Assembly (NCBI GenBank): GCA_030427825.1
Contig: JAUICO010000008.1
Span: 513-64,512 of the forward strand
Direction: 5' to 3'
Source: a bacterium
GTDB taxonomy: Bacteria; Myxococcota_A; Bradymonadia; REDH01
Length of the DNA stretch: 64,000 nt
Positions within the stretch are counted from its first letter, which is position 1. Every line of letters starts with the position of its first letter. This document shows, one piece after another, positions 37,695 to 49,279 of the stretch. The position numbers and the translations under genes are program-made. The notes beneath the pieces are model-generated. The model made no database searches. It saw only the letters and a list, made by a program, of their open reading frames with translations, and was not told where the DNA came from.

Positions 37695-38378
37695 ATGCGG
37701 ACCATCCGGCGCTCCGGCAGCCCACGGCGCGGAGGCGCGCTGCGCGCGATCGTCGGCTTTGTACTTGCTTTTGCCCTCTTTGTGCCCGGCACGACCCGGT
37801 CCTCAAACGGTCTGCCGGACGGCTACGCGCGTCTGCTGGTGATCACCGACTTCGACGTTACCGAGGTCTCGATCAACGACGTCTCCTACCCCTACGAGTG
37901 GCTCTACGGAGATCGCAACGGCGTGCTGATTCCCGCCGATATCACCTTCCGACTGAAGGTCGCGGTGTCGCCCACGCAGGAGCGCACCTTTCGGATGCGC
38001 CTCGACAGCGGCGAGACACGGGTAATCCTCGTCGACATCGAGAACATGGGGCAGGTCGCGGCGCCGCCGGAGCAGCCTGAGCAGCCGGCGCGACGCGCCG
38101 CCCAGGCCGACGACGAAGAAGACGAGGATGGCGACGACGAAGAGGACGAAGACATCGGCTACCTCGGCGTCAGCTCGTCACCGCGCGGCGTGGTCTATGT
38201 CGACGGCTCCAGCACCGGCCGCCGCACGCCCGCTCGGCGCATCGAGCTTGAGCCGGGACGACACCGGGTCCAGGTCTTCTACGAAGAAGAAGAGACGATG
38301 TCAGAGACCAAGCACGTGCTGGTGCGCTCAGGCGTGAACACCAACGTGTTCTTCCGGCAGCGCCGAAACCGCGAGTAG
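37695..38378 (+). CDS. PEGA domain-containing exported protein
   Basis: ATG at 37695 (MRTIRRSG...AIVGFVLAFALFVPG). DDEEDEDGDDEEDED linker. C-terminal IGYLGVSSSPRGVVYVDGSSTGRRTPARRIELEPGRHRVQV (PEGA-like). Confidence 0.7.
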   Translation: MRTIRRSGSPRRGGALRAIVGFVLAFALFVPGTTRSSNGLPDGYARLLVITDFDVTEVSINDVSYPYEWLYGDRNGVLIPADITFRLKVAVSPTQERTFRMRLDSGETRVILVDIENMGQVAAPPEQPEQPARRAAQADDEEDEDGDDEEDEDIGYLGVSSSPRGVVYVDGSSTGRRTPARRIELEPGRHRVQVFYEEEETMSETKHVLVRSGVNTNVFFRQRRNRE

Positions 38379-38494
38379 CGCACCGCCGGGTTCTACGCGG
38401 ACCCCGCACGCTCGCCGGGCTGCAACCTTGTCCGGAAGTGTCGTTCGTTTTCGCCTGAGGTTCGCGCCGGCCTGCGCGTCGGGGTGCCGCCGGC

Positions 38495-39607
38495 TCACCC
38501 GCCGCTGTAGTGCTCCGACGCCTCGCCGACCACGTCCTTCAGGTCGCTGCCTCGACCGGCAAGCTGCCGATCGATATAGCGCAGGGTGCGGCGAACGAAG
38601 TGCGGTCCGCCGTACACGAAGCCCGAGTACACCTGCACGGCCGCAGCCCCCGCGCGCAGCATCTGCCAGGCGTCGTCCGGGGTCATGATGCCGCCGACGC
38701 CGATGATGGGCAGGCGGCCGGCAGCGAGTCGGTACAGGGTCGCGACGAAACGGCGGCTACGCTCGGTGAGTGGGGCTCCGCTGACGCCGCCATTGCCAAG
38801 AGCCGAGACGGCGGCTTCGGGCGTTTGGAGCCCTTCGCGAGAGATGGTCGTGTTGGTCGCGATAATCCCGCTGATGCCCACCTCGACACAGAGCTCAACC
38901 ACATCGCGCATCGCGCCTTCGTCGAGGTCGGGCGCGATCTTCACAAACACCGGGCACGGATCATCCCCCGCCGCGAGAGCCAGCGCCCTGTTGTCGTCTA
39001 CGATCGCGCCAAGCAGCCGTGAGAGCGGGTCTTTCGCCTGCAGATCACGCAGACCTTTCGTGTTCGGGGAGCTGACGTTGACCGTGATGTAGTCGGCGAA
39101 CGGTCGCAGGCGACGCAGGCTCGCGAGGTAGTCATCGACCGCGTCTTCGTTAGCAACCACCTTCGACTTGCCGATGTTCACACCGAGCACGGGACGAATG
39201 GTCGCGCCCTCGAGCCGCTGTGCGGCGGCCTCGGATCCGTCATTGTTGAAGCCCATGCGATTGAGCAGCGCGCGGTCCGCCTTCAGACGGAAGATGCGTG
39301 GTTTCGGGTTGCCGCCCTGCGCCCGACCGGTGAGGGTGCCGACCTCGACGAAGCCGAATCCAAGGGCGTCGAGCTGATTGAACCAGCGCGCGTTCTTGTC
39401 GAAGCCGGCCCCCAGGCCCACAGGTGCCTCCAGGGCCAGCCCGGCGACCTCAGTTCGCAGGCGCTCGGACCGGTAACGGAGCGCCACGGCGGTCAGAGCC
39501 CGCAGTGGTGGAAAGCGCAGCATCGCGGCGAAGAGGCCCATCGTCGCGTAGTGCACCTTCTCGGCGTCAAAGAGAAACAGGATAGGACGGAGCAGGTACT
39601 TCCACAT
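38495..39607 (-). CDS. pyrD: quinone-dependent dihydroorotate dehydrogenase (class 2)
   Basis: ATG at 39607 (MWKYLLRPILFLFDAEKVHY...). GFDKNA, GFVEVGT, NVSSPNT, GIIATNTT, GGI motifs. Confidence 0.9.
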   Translation of the reverse strand: MWKYLLRPILFLFDAEKVHYATMGLFAAMLRFPPLRALTAVALRYRSERLRTEVAGLALEAPVGLGAGFDKNARWFNQLDALGFGFVEVGTLTGRAQGGNPKPRIFRLKADRALLNRMGFNNDGSEAAAQRLEGATIRPVLGVNIGKSKVVANEDAVDDYLASLRRLRPFADYITVNVSSPNTKGLRDLQAKDPLSRLLGAIVDDNRALALAAGDDPCPVFVKIAPDLDEGAMRDVVELCVEVGISGIIATNTTISREGLQTPEAAVSALGNGGVSGAPLTERSRRFVATLYRLAAGRLPIIGVGGIMTPDDAWQMLRAGAAAVQVYSGFVYGGPHFVRRTLRYIDRQLAGRGSDLKDVVGEASEHYSGG

Positions 39608-39733
39608 GGGCAGGCGCTCTACCCGGACGCGCAGCGCGGGTAAACGCCTGATGCGCGTTTCGTTGGCAGCGAACACGGCGGCACCGTTCACGAAGCAGCG
39701 ACGAACGGACGGCCACGGCGGCCGGGCGACAGC

Positions 39734-40537
39734 TCAGTCTTCGGCGTCCAGCGTCAGCTCCTGGCTGAGCAGGATGTAGCGTTCGGATCGTATCGCGCCG
39801 ACGCCGCCGAAGGTGAAGTTCGGGGTGAGGATATTCCGTCGATGGTCTTCGCTGTCCATCCAGGCGAGATGGGCGCGCTCAACCGTGGGAAAGCGCGCCA
39901 GGTTTTCGCCGGCCATCTGGTAGTCGATTCCCATCACCGAGAGTCGGTCAAAGGGGTCAAGGCCGTCGTTGTTGACGTGATCGAAGAAGTCGTCGCGCTC
40001 CATGTCTGACGAGTGCTTTCTGCCGAGCCAGACCAGGCGCAGGTCGCAGGTCACGGGGTCCAACCCGCGGGTGATGCGCTCGCAGTTCATCAGGCGCCAG
40101 GAAAGGGTCTCGAGGTCGTCGCCGCAGCGGTTCGCCGCCGCCTGGATGGGACCGCTGGACCAGTCTGCCATGGGGACATCGTCGACGTAGAGATTCGAGA
40201 GATCGTCCGTACGCACGTGGGCTGTGCTGCAGTAACCATAGCCCTCGGGCGAGACGCCTTCATCAGAGCGGCTGCCGGCAGTGCCCCATCGTTCCCATGA
40301 CTCGATCTCGTCGGGCGTAAAGTGGGCGTCGTGGCCGGTCCACGCGTCGGCTCCGGTGGAGATCAATCCGCTGCGACGCGCGCAGGTTCCGTCGTTGCAG
40401 AACTCGTCGCCGGCACAGTCCCACGCCTGTTCGCAGGGCTCACCGACAGCCTCACCGGTCAGGTCGCAGGATCCGAGGAAGGCCCCCAACGCCGCAGCGG
40501 CGAGGTAAAGAACCGTTCCTGGAATGAATCGCGCCAT
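39734..40537 (-). CDS. CAP/SCP (PR-1-like, YkwD-type) domain secreted protein
   Basis: Signal plus lipobox-like LGSC. C-terminal HSSDMERDDFFDHVNNDG...GENLA...WMDSEDHRRNIL. Confidence 0.8.
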   Translation of the reverse strand: MARFIPGTVLYLAAAALGAFLGSCDLTGEAVGEPCEQAWDCAGDEFCNDGTCARRSGLISTGADAWTGHDAHFTPDEIESWERWGTAGSRSDEGVSPEGYGYCSTAHVRTDDLSNLYVDDVPMADWSSGPIQAAANRCGDDLETLSWRLMNCERITRGLDPVTCDLRLVWLGRKHSSDMERDDFFDHVNNDGLDPFDRLSVMGIDYQMAGENLARFPTVERAHLAWMDSEDHRRNILTPNFTFGGVGAIRSERYILLSQELTLDAED

Positions 40538-40721
40538 GGTTGATCTGTTACCTTCCGGGAGGGGCGACGTTCTTACAAACTACGATCTCTCAGTAGGACG
40601 TTTTTGACCCCGCTTTGTTCCCGAGTAGTGACGATTGTTGTTCAACGCCAGCTTCGACCCTTGCCCCGGCACCTTTGCCTGTCTAGATCGGGCCGGTACC
40701 CGTTGGGAGCCACAGACACCC

Positions 40722-41777
40722 ATGCGCATCGCTGTTTTTCCATTTCAGACGCGTCGGTCTGACGAGCGCCAGGGCGTCTACGCTCGGCAGTTTCCGCGCT
40801 TCCTGGCCCTGCACCTGCACCGGGCCGGGGTGGACACCGAGTACTGCCCGTGGACCGCGCGCCGCGGACGCCAGGTCAGCCACGTAGTTGTCGAGGCTCC
40901 GCTGCCCGCGAACGTGCTACGCAGCGAGGCTGAGCAGCGCGGCGCAGACGCCGTGCTGGTCGGATACTCCCACGTCAGTTCGGCCCGGGTCGAGCTCCGC
41001 GCTCAGCTGCTGCGCGCTTCGGACGGTGAGCTTCTCGCGGAGTGGGACGCCGTGCGAACGCGGATCAACATGCGCAATCTTGTATGCGAGGCGGCGCGGG
41101 TGATCGCGGCCTGCGCGGCGCCGGGCGTAGAGATCGAGGCGCCGCGGCTGCCCGAGGCGCCGGAGCTGGTCGACGCGCTCTTCTGCGACGCGGATAACCA
41201 GCAACTGATCGAGACAGGCGGCCACGCCTGTCTGCGGGACGAAGACGATGCCTGGCGACACCTGGCTCGCGCGGTCCGACTTGCCACGACCCGCCCGGGG
41301 GGCCTGGAATGCGCCCGCACAGAAATGCAGCGGCGCATCCATCGGTGGGGTGAAGAAGGATCGACCTCGATGGCGGCTCGTGCAGCTACGGCGCTCGCGG
41401 AAGCGCTGAGTACCGATGAAGACGCGTGGTCCGACGCGATGACGCGCAGCGAGGCCGCCGGCGACAAGGATGCGATGGAGATTGCTCTGCGGCAGCTCGC
41501 CGAGCATTCTGCGGATCCGCAGAGCGCGCGCCTGACTCTCGGCGTGTTTCTGCTGCGCGAGGACCGAAGCAGCGAGGCCGTCGAGCACCTGCGCGAAGCG
41601 GGCAGTGACCCGGAGCGGCGTGACGCGGCCGACACCTATCTCGGGCTCGCGTACGCAGCATCCGGCGATCTGGAGACCGCGCTCGCGAAGTGGCACCGGG
41701 TCGTTGAACAGGGGCGCGATACCCGGATGATTCGCATCGCACGGGACAACATCGCACGGGCGAAAGGCGGCACCTGA
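40722..41777 (+). CDS. hypothetical protein with C-terminal TPR-like helical repeats
   Basis: ATG at 40722 (MRIAVFPFQTRRSD...). C-terminal AVEHLREAGSDPERRDAADTYLGLAYAASGDLETALAKWHRVVEQ. Confidence 0.5.
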   Translation: MRIAVFPFQTRRSDERQGVYARQFPRFLALHLHRAGVDTEYCPWTARRGRQVSHVVVEAPLPANVLRSEAEQRGADAVLVGYSHVSSARVELRAQLLRASDGELLAEWDAVRTRINMRNLVCEAARVIAACAAPGVEIEAPRLPEAPELVDALFCDADNQQLIETGGHACLRDEDDAWRHLARAVRLATTRPGGLECARTEMQRRIHRWGEEGSTSMAARAATALAEALSTDEDAWSDAMTRSEAAGDKDAMEIALRQLAEHSADPQSARLTLGVFLLREDRSSEAVEHLREAGSDPERRDAADTYLGLAYAASGDLETALAKWHRVVEQGRDTRMIRIARDNIARAKGGT

Positions 41778-41876
41778 GCTTCGCAGCTTCTTCGCTTTCG
41801 TCGCGCGCCGCGGGCTGATAAGCAGCGCCCGCGATTTCACTCGTATGACCTACTTTGCACCCTCTGGAGTGTTGCG

Positions 41877-42977
41877 ATGCGCCTGTCTGTCGCGATTGTC
41901 TTAAGCTCGTTGATTTTCGCCGCCTGCGGCTCGCCTCAGAGCAGCGATGATGGAGGCATGGAGATTGCCTCTGAGATGCCTCGTGGCGACGAGAACCCCG
42001 ATGCTCTCTTCGCCCGTGCCGACACAGCATTCATCGCCGGGGACTACGACACCGCAGAACGTGCTTTCACGCACCTGTATATTCTGAGCCCGGACTACCG
42101 CGGCGGCGTCCCTGCACAGGCGCTGCGGGAGATCGCGGCCCGTACCCAGCGCTCCTTCGACTTGATGGAGGCGCGCGCGAACTTCATCCGCGATGCCTTC
42201 TACGGCGCCTTCAACGGCCCCCGCAGCTCCTGGGTGCCGGCCCAGGAGAACGACTACCGCAACGTTGTCGCCTGCTACGACCTCGTACTTGCCGGCGACG
42301 CGAACAACGCCCTGGCGGCAGGTGGCCCCGTCACTGTCGCCCCCTACCCGCCCTTCGCTCAAGTCGCCTCGCACTGCACGCAGGTCGCGAACGCCCAGCT
42401 GGCGCAGGCGCAGCAGCGCGCAGCCGCAGAGCGCGCGTTCGCCGACTTTCAGGCCAACGCCCCGTGCATGAACGAGCAGCGCTCGATACTCCTTGAAGCC
42501 GAAGTTGCGGGCGACTGGGAGACCTTCGTGAACGTCCTGCCGGGGTACCGGCTGTGCGCCGATGTGATGCAGTCCATTGTGGACTCCGGCGTGCTGCGAG
42601 GGGATCCCCGCGTGGGGCTTGAGTTGGACATCGCATACACCAACATGAGCGAAGTGGACGCGATCGCCGAAGACAACGCAGCGGTGATCGCCCAGACACG
42701 CGCAGGACTGGAATCGCTCGACGCAAACGCTGAGTTCTCGAACCTGATGGTGAGCTTCGAAGAGCTCCGCGCCGGCCACGACGATAATGTTCGTGCGATC
42801 GCTTCATTGAGCGCAGCGCGCGACGCGCTCGGTGGATCAGAGCGGCGGGCAATCCAGAACCAGATCGACGCACTTGAGAGTGAGCAGCGCGGTCTCCGCC
42901 GCGAAATGCGTGAAGTGCTCGGACGCATCAATCGAATTCGACGAAGCGCCGGTCTACAGCCCATAGACGCCCCCTGA
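41877..42977 (+). CDS. hypothetical lipoprotein (helical / coiled-coil rich)
   Basis: MRLSVAIVLSSLIFAACGS lipobox; 366 aa. No family recognised. Confidence 0.6.
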   Translation: MRLSVAIVLSSLIFAACGSPQSSDDGGMEIASEMPRGDENPDALFARADTAFIAGDYDTAERAFTHLYILSPDYRGGVPAQALREIAARTQRSFDLMEARANFIRDAFYGAFNGPRSSWVPAQENDYRNVVACYDLVLAGDANNALAAGGPVTVAPYPPFAQVASHCTQVANAQLAQAQQRAAAERAFADFQANAPCMNEQRSILLEAEVAGDWETFVNVLPGYRLCADVMQSIVDSGVLRGDPRVGLELDIAYTNMSEVDAIAEDNAAVIAQTRAGLESLDANAEFSNLMVSFEELRAGHDDNVRAIASLSAARDALGGSERRAIQNQIDALESEQRGLRREMREVLGRINRIRRSAGLQPIDAP

Positions 42978-43023
42978 GGGTCGACGCGTTGCGATGGGGG
43001 CCACCCAAAGTAGCATGCACGAC

Positions 43024-43045
43024 CGGCCCGTCGGATTGCGGGCCG
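43024..43045 (+). terminator. candidate terminator hairpin
   Basis: CGGCCCG-tcggattg-CGGGCCG (7-bp stem) followed by TGGTTGTT, about 45 nt after stop 42977. Confidence 0.4.
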
Positions 43046-43110
43046 TGGTTGTTCGCCACAGTGGCGGGTGCTAGGTTCGTCCCCCAGCTACAGCCTGCAC
43101 CTGCACGCCT

Positions 43111-45666
<2,556 letters not shown>

Positions 45667-45673
45667 GAGCCGC

Positions 45674-46711
45674 GTGGGCGCAACGAAGCAGGTCAGCCCC
45701 GGAATCTGGCGACTCCGCCTTGAGGCCAAAGGCAGGCTCGTGGTCAACGCATGGCTGTGGCGACGCGGCGAGCGAAACATACTGATCGACACCGGCTTTC
45801 CGCAGACCACAGATCAGTTGATCGCAAACATCGAAGCGACGGATCTACGCCTGAGCGACATCACCGACGTGTTCTATACACACACACACAATGACCACAT
45901 GGGCGGCGGTGTGGTGCTGAAAGACGAGTGGGCGCCGAACACCCGGCACTACGCATTCGCGGGCAGCGGTGAAGCGCTCGAAGACTACTTTACATTCTGG
46001 GAAGCCCGCCGTGGAACCGCCGGCTCGCTGAACTCGCTTCTTCCGGACACGGAGCGCTGGCGCTCGATGCTCGCAGAGATCAAGAGCATCCCCCCTGCCC
46101 CGCTGCGGGTGGCCGGCGACGGCACCATCCCCAACCTGACCCGCGTCGAAGTGGGCGCCACGGTTCGGTGTGGCGAGGCGAGCCTGCGCTGTGTGGATGC
46201 CCGCGGTCACGACCCCGTTCATGTTGCGTGGCTGGACGTCGATGGCCGACGGCTCTTCTCGGGCGATGTGATCCTGCGAGTACCCACGCCCATATTGCTG
46301 CACATGCGAGACGAGCTCTTTACCTGGCTCGACACCCTGGATCGGTGGCAGAAGTCACTCGCGGTAGACCTGCTGCTCCCCGGGCACGGCATGCCGACCG
46401 CCCTCTTTCAACAGTCCATCGATCGCTCCCGCGCCTTCTGGCAGTCCCTATACACCCTGACCTCGGAAGAGCTCGAGGCCGGCGTTCCCGTGGACCCGCT
46501 CGACATCACCTTCGCCTGGCTGGGTGACGACCGATCCCGCTACGCCGCAAGGTCAACCGTGTTTGTCGCGAACACACTGACTCTGCTTGTGTGCCTCCAA
46601 AAGCTTGGATTTGTGACGCAGCTCCCGTCGCGGCACTGGGTAGCGACCCGCGCGCTGCCGGACTTCTCTACGCTGCGCGCAATTGCGGCCACCCAGGGAA
46701 TACGAGGGTGA
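45674..46711 (+). CDS. MBL-fold metallo-hydrolase
   Basis: GTG at 45674, 7 nt after the upstream stop. NAWLWRRGERNILIDTG and the HTHNDHMGG (HxHxDH) motif. The 45560 start in the ORF track overlaps the upstream gene. Confidence 0.75.
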   Translation: MGATKQVSPGIWRLRLEAKGRLVVNAWLWRRGERNILIDTGFPQTTDQLIANIEATDLRLSDITDVFYTHTHNDHMGGGVVLKDEWAPNTRHYAFAGSGEALEDYFTFWEARRGTAGSLNSLLPDTERWRSMLAEIKSIPPAPLRVAGDGTIPNLTRVEVGATVRCGEASLRCVDARGHDPVHVAWLDVDGRRLFSGDVILRVPTPILLHMRDELFTWLDTLDRWQKSLAVDLLLPGHGMPTALFQQSIDRSRAFWQSLYTLTSEELEAGVPVDPLDITFAWLGDDRSRYAARSTVFVANTLTLLVCLQKLGFVTQLPSRHWVATRALPDFSTLRAIAATQGIRG

Positions 46712-46835
46712 CGGGCGAGCAACGGGTCAATGGGCTCGGCGACTTCCACAGTCATCAAGGCAAGGCTGTCAATCACCGGACAATTGTTTAGTCGCAATCT
46801 AAATCGAGAAACGCGTCAGAAAAAGCGGGGTTGGG

Positions 46836-48038
46836 ATGGAGCGCGGAATCCAGGCAAAGCGAGAAAGCGCCAGTGCAGAGACTGGAAGTGAATTCGGTAT
46901 CGTGGATGTATTTTCGGGGTGCGGTGGGATGACCTGCGGCTTCCTGCAGGCCGGTGGCTTTGAGAGTAGATGGGCCATCGATTACGAGCCGGACATGATC
47001 GCGACGTATCGCTCCAACTTCGACCAAAAAGGCGAGCACACGACTGTCGGCGACGTACGCGAGTGGTTTGCTAGTAGTTCGACCGATATGCCTAAGGCTG
47101 AGGTTGTCGTTGGCGGGCCACCTTGTCAGGGGTTTTCGCTGCTAAACAAGAACCGACGACAGGACTCACGCCGCGCTCTGTGGTGGTACATGGCTGCCAC
47201 CGCGAAGGCTTCCGGCGCCTCAGTTGTTGTGATCGAAAATGTACGTCAGCTGATTACTTCGCCAGAGTTTCCGCAAATCATCGAGGCGCTGCGTGAGATT
47301 GGGTTCAACAGTTTCTCAGCGGCGGTACTCTGCACTGCGGATTTCGGCGTTCCGCAGGTGCGACACCGAACCATTCTAATGGCCTCGCGCGTTGGGCCGA
47401 TTTCTCTTCCCAGACCATCACATTGTGATCCGGCTCGGCTCCACGAGATTGACTGTGCCGCAGAGTTGTCGCCCTGGCAGGATGTGCGGAGCGCGATTGG
47501 AGACCTTGGGGCTCCTGTCGGCACCCAGGTTCGTAACGAAGCGCCTCCGTTCGACCTGCATTTCGGACGCAACCCCACACAAAAAAGCAAAGATCGGTAT
47601 AGGGCAGTACCGCCAGGCGGAAATCGCTTCGACCTCCAACGAAATCGTCCGGACCTTACACCCGACTGCTGGGTTCGGAAGAAGAGCGGCGGCACTGATT
47701 TGTTTGGTCGGCTTTGGTGGGACAGACCGTCGGTCACGATAAGGACAGAATTCTTCAAGCCGGAGAAGGGACGTTATCTTCACCCGGTAGAGCACCGTCC
47801 AATCACTCATCGTGAAGGCGCAAGAATCCAGGGGTTTCCGGACGATTTCATCTTTCGCGGAAGCAAGATTCAAATCGCAAAGCAGATCGGAAATGCTGTG
47901 CCTCCTCCGCTTGGTCGTGCAATCGGCGAGGAGGTGCGTCGTTGCCTGCGTGGGGAATGCTCCCGGCAATACGTGGCGGACACCACCACACACTATGAAG
48001 TCGCTACAGGTCGGGCTCCGACGCTAGTCATCGCCTGA
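46836..48038 (+). CDS. DNA (cytosine-5)-methyltransferase
   Basis: Motif I DVFSGCGGMTCGF, IV GGPPCQGFS, VI ENV, VIII QVRHR, IX REGARIQGFPDDF, X QIGNAVPPPL. Visibly lower GC than the flanks. Confidence 0.9.
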   Translation: MERGIQAKRESASAETGSEFGIVDVFSGCGGMTCGFLQAGGFESRWAIDYEPDMIATYRSNFDQKGEHTTVGDVREWFASSSTDMPKAEVVVGGPPCQGFSLLNKNRRQDSRRALWWYMAATAKASGASVVVIENVRQLITSPEFPQIIEALREIGFNSFSAAVLCTADFGVPQVRHRTILMASRVGPISLPRPSHCDPARLHEIDCAAELSPWQDVRSAIGDLGAPVGTQVRNEAPPFDLHFGRNPTQKSKDRYRAVPPGGNRFDLQRNRPDLTPDCWVRKKSGGTDLFGRLWWDRPSVTIRTEFFKPEKGRYLHPVEHRPITHREGARIQGFPDDFIFRGSKIQIAKQIGNAVPPPLGRAIGEEVRRCLRGECSRQYVADTTTHYEVATGRAPTLVIA

Positions 48039-48040
48039 CA

Positions 48041-48985
48041 ATGGCGAGTCGGATTTCCTCGAGTCCGGAGGCGCTTCGCCGCGAGTTGATCACTCTCCTG
48101 GAGCGTCTCGAGGATACCCTTGAGTACGGTGAAATCCGCGAACAGGTACGGTTGATGCTGTCTGCTCGCGCGCTGCTGCGCACAATGGGGTCGTCTGTCA
48201 TTGACAGCTCAGAAGCCCGGTCGGCACGCGAACGCATTCTGGCTTACTTGAAAGCGAACGTCAGAACTCCAGTTGCCGGCGATGAACTCGCAATGGTCGC
48301 GGGCATCTCGGAAAGGGCAAGACGGGTTCGCGAGCTTCGCAGCGAATTGGGATACGCAATTGTCACGGGGAGAACTGCCGTCGAGATGGCGCTGGAAGAT
48401 GACAGTCTCAAATCGATCCCCGGTATCGGTTCGGTCAAGGTGACTGACTACATTCTGCTTGAATCCGCGCCCGACACAGACGCGGCAACCCGCTGGACCC
48501 GCGCGAATACAATTCGGCGTAAGGACACGTCAGTGCGCTCGCGATTGCTTGAGTACCTGCGCACGTATGTAGGAACCCCGGTGTCGGGAGAGGAACTCAG
48601 GTATGTCGCGGATGGAGCCACTGAGTGGGCGAGCCGAGTACGCGAACTCCGCACCGAGCACGGCTGGCCGGTTGTCACCAGAACGACAGGCCGACCCAGC
48701 CTGGATGTTTGCGTCTACATGCTTGAGTCGGATCGACAGTTGCCGGAACACGATCGTCGAATCCCTGACACGATTCGAATCCAGGTGCTGGAACGCGACC
48801 GCTTCTCATGTACGGATTGTGGGTGGGGGGAATCATCGTGGCACAAGGCGGACCCTCGAAATCATCTTGAGCTGCACCACCTTACGAGCCACGCGGACGG
48901 TGGAGAGAACTCCGCCGAAAACCTCGTCGTACTCTGCAACGTGTGCCACGACCAACGGCACCGCAGCGATATCGACGCGCTCTAG
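48041..48985 (+). CDS. HNH endonuclease with duplicated N-terminal winged-helix-like modules (probable restriction partner)
   Basis: It starts 2 nt after the methyltransferase stop. HNH/Zn-ribbon region CTDCGW...HLELHHL...NLVVLCNVCHDQRH. Two related N-terminal modules: ILAYLKANVRTPVAGDELAMVAGISERARRVRELRSELGYAIVTG and LLEYLRTYVGTPVSGEELRYVADGATEWASRVRELRTEHGWPVVT. Confidence 0.85.
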   Translation: MASRISSSPEALRRELITLLERLEDTLEYGEIREQVRLMLSARALLRTMGSSVIDSSEARSARERILAYLKANVRTPVAGDELAMVAGISERARRVRELRSELGYAIVTGRTAVEMALEDDSLKSIPGIGSVKVTDYILLESAPDTDAATRWTRANTIRRKDTSVRSRLLEYLRTYVGTPVSGEELRYVADGATEWASRVRELRTEHGWPVVTRTTGRPSLDVCVYMLESDRQLPEHDRRIPDTIRIQVLERDRFSCTDCGWGESSWHKADPRNHLELHHLTSHADGGENSAENLVVLCNVCHDQRHRSDIDAL

Positions 48986-49112
48986 GCATCGCACGGCATT
49001 CCGACTCTCCGGTTCGCGGGCATCTTCGCCACACTGCGCAACTGGAACACGTTGCGATATCCTTGCTATCCCACCAGAACACAACGGCAATGATGCGAAA
49101 CCGACCGGTAGG

Positions 49113-49128
49113 TATTAACTTTTTAATA
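49113..49128. promoter_or_regulatory. AT-rich palindromic element upstream of the FAAL gene
   Basis: TATTAA-cttt-TTAATA, a striking AT-only 16-mer in a GC-rich context, about 10 nt upstream of the candidate -35. Confidence 0.3.
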
Positions 49129-49136
49129 TCAGCAAC

Positions 49137-49179
49137 TTGCACGCCGCGATCCCCAGGTGATAGTTCCGCCCCGCGGAAC
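49137..49179 (+). promoter_or_regulatory. candidate sigma70-like promoter with overlapping inverted repeat (possible operator)
   Basis: TTGCAC (49137..49142), 16 nt, GATAGT (49159..49164). The inverted repeat GTTCCGC-ccc-GCGGAAC (49163..49179) overlaps the -10/+1 region. About 100 nt upstream of ATG 49280. Confidence 0.3.
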
Positions 49180-49279
49180 ATCGGGCGAACGAACCACCTT
49201 CGTCCGGAATATCTCGTCGAAGCTGCACAGCAGCAGTCAGCGAAGCTCCGCGCACTTCGCAGCGAAGGGGGAAATCGCC

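Noticed and set aside
49240-49267. GCGAAG-n9-CTTCGC-a-GCGAAG: considered as alternative hairpins sequestering the FAAL RBS.
   Set aside because: The second pairing would have a 1-nt loop and is sterically impossible. Only a weak 6-bp hairpin remains, which is not enough for a riboswitch or attenuator claim.
49157-49279. N-terminal extension of the FAAL ORF (start at 49157).
   Set aside because: The extension is Ser/Arg-rich and overlaps the candidate promoter/operator. ATG 49280 has a GGGGGA RBS at proper spacing and begins the conserved FAAL N-terminus.
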